From a virus (lineage: Duplodnaviria > Caudoviricetes), in the IMG/VR virus record IMGVR_UViG_3300032040_000041, positions 1 through 28,315 of that record: a stretch of 28,315 nt of DNA; one strand, 5' to 3'. Position 1 is the stretch's first letter. Every line of letters starts with the position of its first letter. Below, in pieces: positions 24,277 to 28,315 of the stretch. The notes beneath the pieces are model-generated. The model saw only the letters and a list, made by a program, of their open reading frames with translations. It made no database searches and was not told where the DNA came from. The position numbers and the translations under genes were made by a program.

Positions 24277-25829
24277 GCGGACGTGTTAGCAGCTTTCTTG
24301 TATAACTCTAGCACACTGTTCTGCATGTGAGCCTTGTTCTCCAAGGCTTCATAGACCCTCCGCTCCAGCCAGCTGGAACAGATCATGGCCACGGTCATTT
24401 TATTTTCTTGGCCGGGCCGGCTCATCCGGTTGTTCGCCTGCTCGAATATCTCCAGAGAAAATATCGGCGCGTACCAGACGGTGGTGTCTGCCCGTGTCAG
24501 GGTCAGGCCGTGGGCCGTCGTCTGTGGGTGGGCCACCAGCACGCGGGGTTCGTCAGCGTTCTGGAAGTCACCAAATATTTTCTTGCGCTGCCCGACCGTC
24601 GTGGCACCGTTCACCACGGCTACGCTGTGCCCCTTCTTACGGAGGTACTGCGCCACGCCGTTGAGCGCTGCGGTGAACGGCACGAACACCAGCACCTTGT
24701 GGCTGGCCTGCTCGACGATCTCGTTGCAGAGTTGCAGCCGGTTACCGCTGTTGATCGTGGTGGCTCCGCCGTTGTTGTCGTACACCTCCCCACAACATAC
24801 CTGCAATAGCTTGTTCAGTTTGACACCGGCGTTGGCCGCGGTGATCTTCGTGCCGTTGAGGTCCAGCACCAAGTCCTTCTGCATTTCTTTGAACGCGGCC
24901 TTCTGCTCCGTGGTCTGCTCGCACTCGTAGTGCTGGAACAACACTGGCGGCAGGTCGATGCAGTCCTCCTTCTTGTAGCGCACCCCCGGCTGAAGCACGG
25001 AGTACGCTGTCTCGTAGGCCCCCGGCTTCGGCACCCACTTGAACGGGGTGAGCTGCTGCATCACTTGGGCTTTGAAGTTTGAGAAAAACTTGGGGGCCCC
25101 GGGGTTACGCAGCATCCGCCCCAGCGCCCATGCGTCCGTGGGTAGCGTAGGGCAGGGCGTACCGGTGAGCATCCACATCCAGAACACTTCGGAGATGAGG
25201 CGGTTCAGGCACTTGCTGCGGTTGGACTGAGCGTTACGGAACGCGGCCGCCTCGTCGATGACCCACAGGTCGAACCCCTTGGCCTTCAGCTCCTTCTCTA
25301 TGGTCTTCACACCGTCGTGGTTGATGATGTAGAACGGCACGTCCATGTCCAGTAGCTTCAGCCGCCGGGCCTTGTCACCGTGCAGCACAACGCACCGCCG
25401 GCTGAACAGGAAGTGGCAATGTAGCTCGTTCTCCCACACAGACATCACCGACTTGGGGCATACGATGATGGCGCGCCGTATCTTACCGATGTCCATGAGG
25501 TAGTCCGCAGCCCAGAGTACGGACAGGGTCTTCCCGGTCCCCATATCGTTGAGGCATATCGAGCGCGGGTTCAGCGTGAAGAACGCGCTGGTCTCCCGCT
25601 GGTGGGTGAACGGCTTGAACTTCCCCTTCCACTCGTAGAAATAGTTGATGGGTGACGGAGCATTTATGCCAAGGTTGTTCAGCACCTTCGCTTCGTCCAG
25701 CCCGTACTTAACTTGAGTCAGCGTGGCGCCGTCCTTCTGCACGACCCGCGAGTTGGGTATGACCTCAGTCACCCGCTCGGGGTTGCGCAGCTTGAGCACA
25801 AGCGACTTACTGGGTAGGTGTACCAGCAT
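24273..25829 (-). CDS. SNF2-like superfamily 2 helicase (518 aa)
   Basis: Start moved to ATG 25829 (MLVHLPSK, GAAGG upstream). Q motif PFTHQ, motif I DMGTGKT, Ia IVCPKSV, II IDEAA, III LTGTP, V HGLTLT, VI QANNRMSRPGQ. Confidence 0.9.
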   Translation of the reverse strand: MLVHLPSKSLVLKLRNPERVTEVIPNSRVVQKDGATLTQVKYGLDEAKVLNNLGINAPSPINYFYEWKGKFKPFTHQRETSAFFTLNPRSICLNDMGTGKTLSVLWAADYLMDIGKIRRAIIVCPKSVMSVWENELHCHFLFSRRCVVLHGDKARRLKLLDMDVPFYIINHDGVKTIEKELKAKGFDLWVIDEAAAFRNAQSNRSKCLNRLISEVFWMWMLTGTPCPTLPTDAWALGRMLRNPGAPKFFSNFKAQVMQQLTPFKWVPKPGAYETAYSVLQPGVRYKKEDCIDLPPVLFQHYECEQTTEQKAAFKEMQKDLVLDLNGTKITAANAGVKLNKLLQVCCGEVYDNNGGATTINSGNRLQLCNEIVEQASHKVLVFVPFTAALNGVAQYLRKKGHSVAVVNGATTVGQRKKIFGDFQNADEPRVLVAHPQTTAHGLTLTRADTTVWYAPIFSLEIFEQANNRMSRPGQENKMTVAMICSSWLERRVYEALENKAHMQNSVLELYKKAANTSA

Positions 25830-25922
25830 CGTGTTGCCTTCTGTTATCCGCCGTGTTTTACTGGCCGAGGCTAGACTCAGCCTCATCTGTTGAGCGCCAT
25901 ACCGTTGGCAGGGACGCCTTTT

Positions 25923-26249
25923 TTATCGCCAGTCATCCAAGTTGTTGAAGTCCCACCGAGTGGGGTCTACCAGCCACTGCTCCAACCACTTCATGTTGGC
26001 TTCGTTAATGATGAGCGCTGCACCGCCAGCGGCCAGTATCTCTTCGAGCCGCACCATCTGTAGCGCAGTGGGCTTACCCTTCCCAGCCTTGGCCTCTACC
26101 CCCGCGAACTGTCCTCGGTGGCACACCAGTATGTCCGGTGTCCCGTTGCTGGCCATGCCCGTCATCATCGGCATGGTGTAGTAGGCGCCGTAGGTTTTGC
26201 ACAGCGCCTTGATCTTGTCCTTCACTTTTACTTCTGGTGTCTTGGCCAT
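25923..26249 (-). CDS. VRR-NUC domain nuclease / Holliday junction resolvase-like (108 aa)
   Basis: Start at ATG 26249 (TAATG overlap, GGGAG RBS). TPEVKVK, GTPDILVC, GVEAKAGKGKPTALQ and AGG form the canonical VRR-NUC PD-(D/E)XK pattern. Confidence 0.88.
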   Translation of the reverse strand: MAKTPEVKVKDKIKALCKTYGAYYTMPMMTGMASNGTPDILVCHRGQFAGVEAKAGKGKPTALQMVRLEEILAAGGAALIINEANMKWLEQWLVDPTRWDFNNLDDWR

Positions 26250-26560
26250 TAGGTTTCTCCCATGTGGACCGTGCCGCGGATATTTACCCGGTCGAAGGCG
26301 CGTACTATCACGGCATCGGGGAACGCTACGGCGAGTTCCCACCCCGAAGGTAGGCGCACTATAGCCCCACTCGCCGTCATGTCCCGCGTCGTTTCGTACT
26401 CTGCGTGCACTTCCACATCCGCGCCCCGTACTAGGTTCGTACTGACGTTAACGCACGGGCCTACAGGCTTACCGTCGACGCACATCAGCACCGCCGGCTG
26501 CTGGCCTATCGCCATTACCATGCGCAGTTCTTTGAACCCCTCGACCCACTCAGTATTCAC
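26249..26560 (-). CDS. Hypothetical protein (103 aa)
   Basis: GTG start with GGAGGGGGAG RBS; tiles the operon and is coupled to the VRR-NUC gene. Confidence 0.65.
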   Translation of the reverse strand: MNTEWVEGFKELRMVMAIGQQPAVLMCVDGKPVGPCVNVSTNLVRGADVEVHAEYETTRDMTASGAIVRLPSGWELAVAFPDAVIVRAFDRVNIRGTVHMGET

Positions 26561-26720
26561 CGTACTCCCCCTCCTTCACGAAACTCTCGAACTTATCGGC
26601 AACAGGTACGTCGAAGGAGCCCTCCCCTCGCGCGGCTATTCCCGCACGGTACCCCGCTAGGAACCCGCGCTGCAGTTCCGACGTGCCCCAGTAGTAGTGG
26701 TCCCACACCTTAGAGGGCAT
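26550..26720 (-). CDS. Small hypothetical protein (56 aa; alternative starts 26741 or 26855)
   Basis: ATG 26720 (MPSKVWDHYYWG) has GGGGAGG upstream and avoids overlap with the exonuclease. GFLAGYRAG motif is common in small phage proteins. Confidence 0.5.
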   Translation of the reverse strand: MPSKVWDHYYWGTSELQRGFLAGYRAGIAARGEGSFDVPVADKFESFVKEGEYGEY

Positions 26721-26755
26721 AATCGTCTGCCTCCCCAGCATGTCAGCCGCGCGAA

Positions 26756-27466
26756 CTACCGCCCCCTCTTCGGCTGCCAGTGGGGGCAACTTGTTACCTC
26801 GCACCAACCGTGACAGAGCCCGCTTGGCTTGGGTGGAAAGTCGTCTAATATCCATGCTTCCTCCAGAATGTCGTAGCGTTCGTGCCAGTATTTGAGCATG
26901 TCAGGCAGCATGTCCCGCGTGTACTCGACTGGCTTATCAATGACGCCGTCCTTGAGCCAGATGAACCCCGCCTTCAGGCGGTTCATGTCGGGGTACAGGA
27001 TGAATGCGACCAGCGCGTACAGGTGCAGCTGGTCCTTGTCGAACTTGCGCTTTCCCGTTTTATAATCGTAGACCTCACCGTACCCACTGGCGTGCAGCAC
27101 CACGTCGATCTTGGTGCGGAACCACACGGGGGTCTTGGCCGTCTTCTTAGTGAACCAGCTGACCGCGTGCAGGTCCTTGGTCAGTGCTACCTGCTGCTCG
27201 GCCACCAGTTCGCCGCCTATCTTGTCCGCGCGGAACTTCACCGCGTCGAGGAACCGCTGGTACATGGCCATGTTAGACGGCAGTGGCTTACCCACTTTGA
27301 TGTTATCTTCGAGGGCCTTGTGCACGTCGTCGCCCCACTTCGCCGAGGCGTTCTGTACGTAGGGCACCTCCTTCGTCACGTACTTGGCTTGGTACATCCG
27401 AGGGCAGGTGTCGAACGTGTTCATCGCGGAGTAGGACCACGATACTACGGGGGCTTCTTCACTCAT
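26756..27466 (-). CDS. Cas4-like / RecB-family PD-(D/E)XK exonuclease with 4-Cys Fe-S staple (236 aa)
   Basis: SWSYSAMNTFDTCPR (Cys1), GDDVHKALE, KID...YDYKTGK, QLHLYA and C-terminal PSGLCHGWCEVTSCPHW (Cys2-4). Confidence 0.9.
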   Translation of the reverse strand: MSEEAPVVSWSYSAMNTFDTCPRMYQAKYVTKEVPYVQNASAKWGDDVHKALEDNIKVGKPLPSNMAMYQRFLDAVKFRADKIGGELVAEQQVALTKDLHAVSWFTKKTAKTPVWFRTKIDVVLHASGYGEVYDYKTGKRKFDKDQLHLYALVAFILYPDMNRLKAGFIWLKDGVIDKPVEYTRDMLPDMLKYWHERYDILEEAWILDDFPPKPSGLCHGWCEVTSCPHWQPKRGR

Positions 27467-27674
27467 GGGGCGGCTCCGGCTTAAAGGCCAGCGCCTCTTC
27501 AGATTTATTAAGCGCGTTCAACACGAGCGTCGCGTACTCTTCCTCCATAGCCTCGCACACCCAATTGTATCCTCTGTCCATGACGTCATTGCGGTGGGTG
27601 TCCACGATGGTGTAGTCAAAGCAGCAGTGCCCAGAGTCGGAGCACGAGAGTAGCTTGTACCTTGGTTCACTCAT
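27459..27674 (-). CDS. Small Cys/His-containing hypothetical protein (71 aa)
   Basis: Start at ATG 27674 (ATGA overlap with the upstream stop, GGGAG RBS). MSEPRYKLLSCSDSGHCCFDYTIVD...WVCE...LVLNALN. Confidence 0.65.
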   Translation of the reverse strand: MSEPRYKLLSCSDSGHCCFDYTIVDTHRNDVMDRGYNWVCEAMEEEYATLVLNALNKSEEALAFKPEPPHE

Positions 27675-28015
27675 GGGGTGGCTCCCGCTCGGGTGGCTTT
27701 CGCCAGCACGCTGCCCACGCGGCACAGTGAGGCGTAGTTTTCCTCTGTGTTAGCATCCGCTTGGATTATGTCGGCGGCATCCTGTAGGGCCGTTGTAAGC
27801 TCAGCTACTCGCACCTTTAGTTGCTCAAGCTGCTTTTCGGTGTAATAGTTGACGGGTTTGAAGTCAGCACCTGGGCATCGCTTCTTTGCAGTCTCGGCGG
27901 AAAGCTCATCTTCAAAGATAGCAAGGCACCCGTCTGTGTTGACCTTTATGTACCGATCGTCTGTGTCAGTTGAGAATAGAACGTAGACGCTTAGAGGTTT
28001 TAGGGTGCTCATCAT
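27671..28015 (-). CDS. Hypothetical accessory protein (114 aa)
   Basis: ATGA overlap and GGAG RBS; C-terminal coiled coil (LKVRVAELTTALQDAA); locally lower GC. Confidence 0.65.
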   Translation of the reverse strand: MMSTLKPLSVYVLFSTDTDDRYIKVNTDGCLAIFEDELSAETAKKRCPGADFKPVNYYTEKQLEQLKVRVAELTTALQDAADIIQADANTEENYASLCRVGSVLAKATRAGATP

Positions 28016-28314
28016 TCCTGCTCCTGCTTTGGAGGGGTTGGGGCATAGGCCAAGAGCATGTCTTGGAAGACGGTTACAGCGACTGTGCGCGGGTCAACAC
28101 AGTAAGCAGTCTTTAGCGCATGAAGACACTTAACCCCAGCCTCAGCAACGTTCGCGGGGGTAAAGCCAACCTCAATCAGCTTCCACCCTTCCGGCACCAC
28201 GGTGCTGGGCGGGTGGGTGTAGTAGGTATCCCCAACGTGATTAGACGGTATAAAAGAGCTTCCGTCTGGGTTGCACAAATACACCTGCCCGTAATCGTTA
28301 GTGCGTACTGCAAC
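28012..28314 (-). CDS. Accessory protein, Eaa/ea22-region-like, 5'-truncated by window edge
   Basis: Frame open to the window edge (VAVRTNDYGQVYLCN...). YTHPP..VVPEGWKLI and MLLAYAPTP match modular motifs common in small early phage proteins. Confidence 0.6.
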   Translation of the reverse strand, partial: VAVRTNDYGQVYLCNPDGSSFIPSNHVGDTYYTHPPSTVVPEGWKLIEVGFTPANVAEAGVKCLHALKTAYCVDPRTVAVTVFQDMLLAYAPTPPKQEQE

Positions 28315-28315
28315 A

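Noticed and set aside
25860-25895. Hammerhead-like CAGAUGAG plus stem on the minus strand
   Set aside because: The core would need CUGAnGA and a GAAA after stem II; neither is present.
26756-27466. CRISPR-Cas locus suggested by the Cas4-like gene
   Set aside because: No repeat-spacer array, cas1 or cas2 in the window; the context is phage recombination/replication.
26882-27484. 200-aa plus-strand ORF opposite the exonuclease, and similar 160-181-aa ORFs opposite the helicase
   Set aside because: Antisense shadows of strongly supported genes; no independent coding signal.

Overview
The window is a 28.3 kb internal fragment of a GC-rich (~60%) tailed dsDNA phage, probably a podovirus of Proteobacteria (inference from gene content). 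It has two convergent arms that meet at a short hairpin near 19,330. The + strand arm (1-19,320) is the virion operon: partial scaffold, N4-gp56-type major capsid protein, head-tail adaptor, a 2,296-aa PLxRFG-type internal/ejection protein with an HExxH motif, several tail proteins and a small GT2-like glycosyltransferase. The - strand arm (28,315-19,343) is the early/replication module: small accessory ORFs, Cas4-like PD-(D/E)XK exonuclease, VRR-NUC nuclease, SNF2-like helicase, a Zn-binding SSB-like protein, a small HTH protein and an AEP primase/DUF927 helicase fusion. I saw no tRNA, rRNA, CRISPR array, integrase, terminase, portal, DNA polymerase or lysis gene. The best leads are an FtsZ C-terminal-peptide-like motif (LDTPAYLRR) and other embedded modules in the giant ejection protein, a glycosyltransferase coupled into the tail operon, and a copy of the scaffold's C-terminal motif in the small gene after the capsid gene. 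All family calls come from motif recognition by eye, not from database searches.
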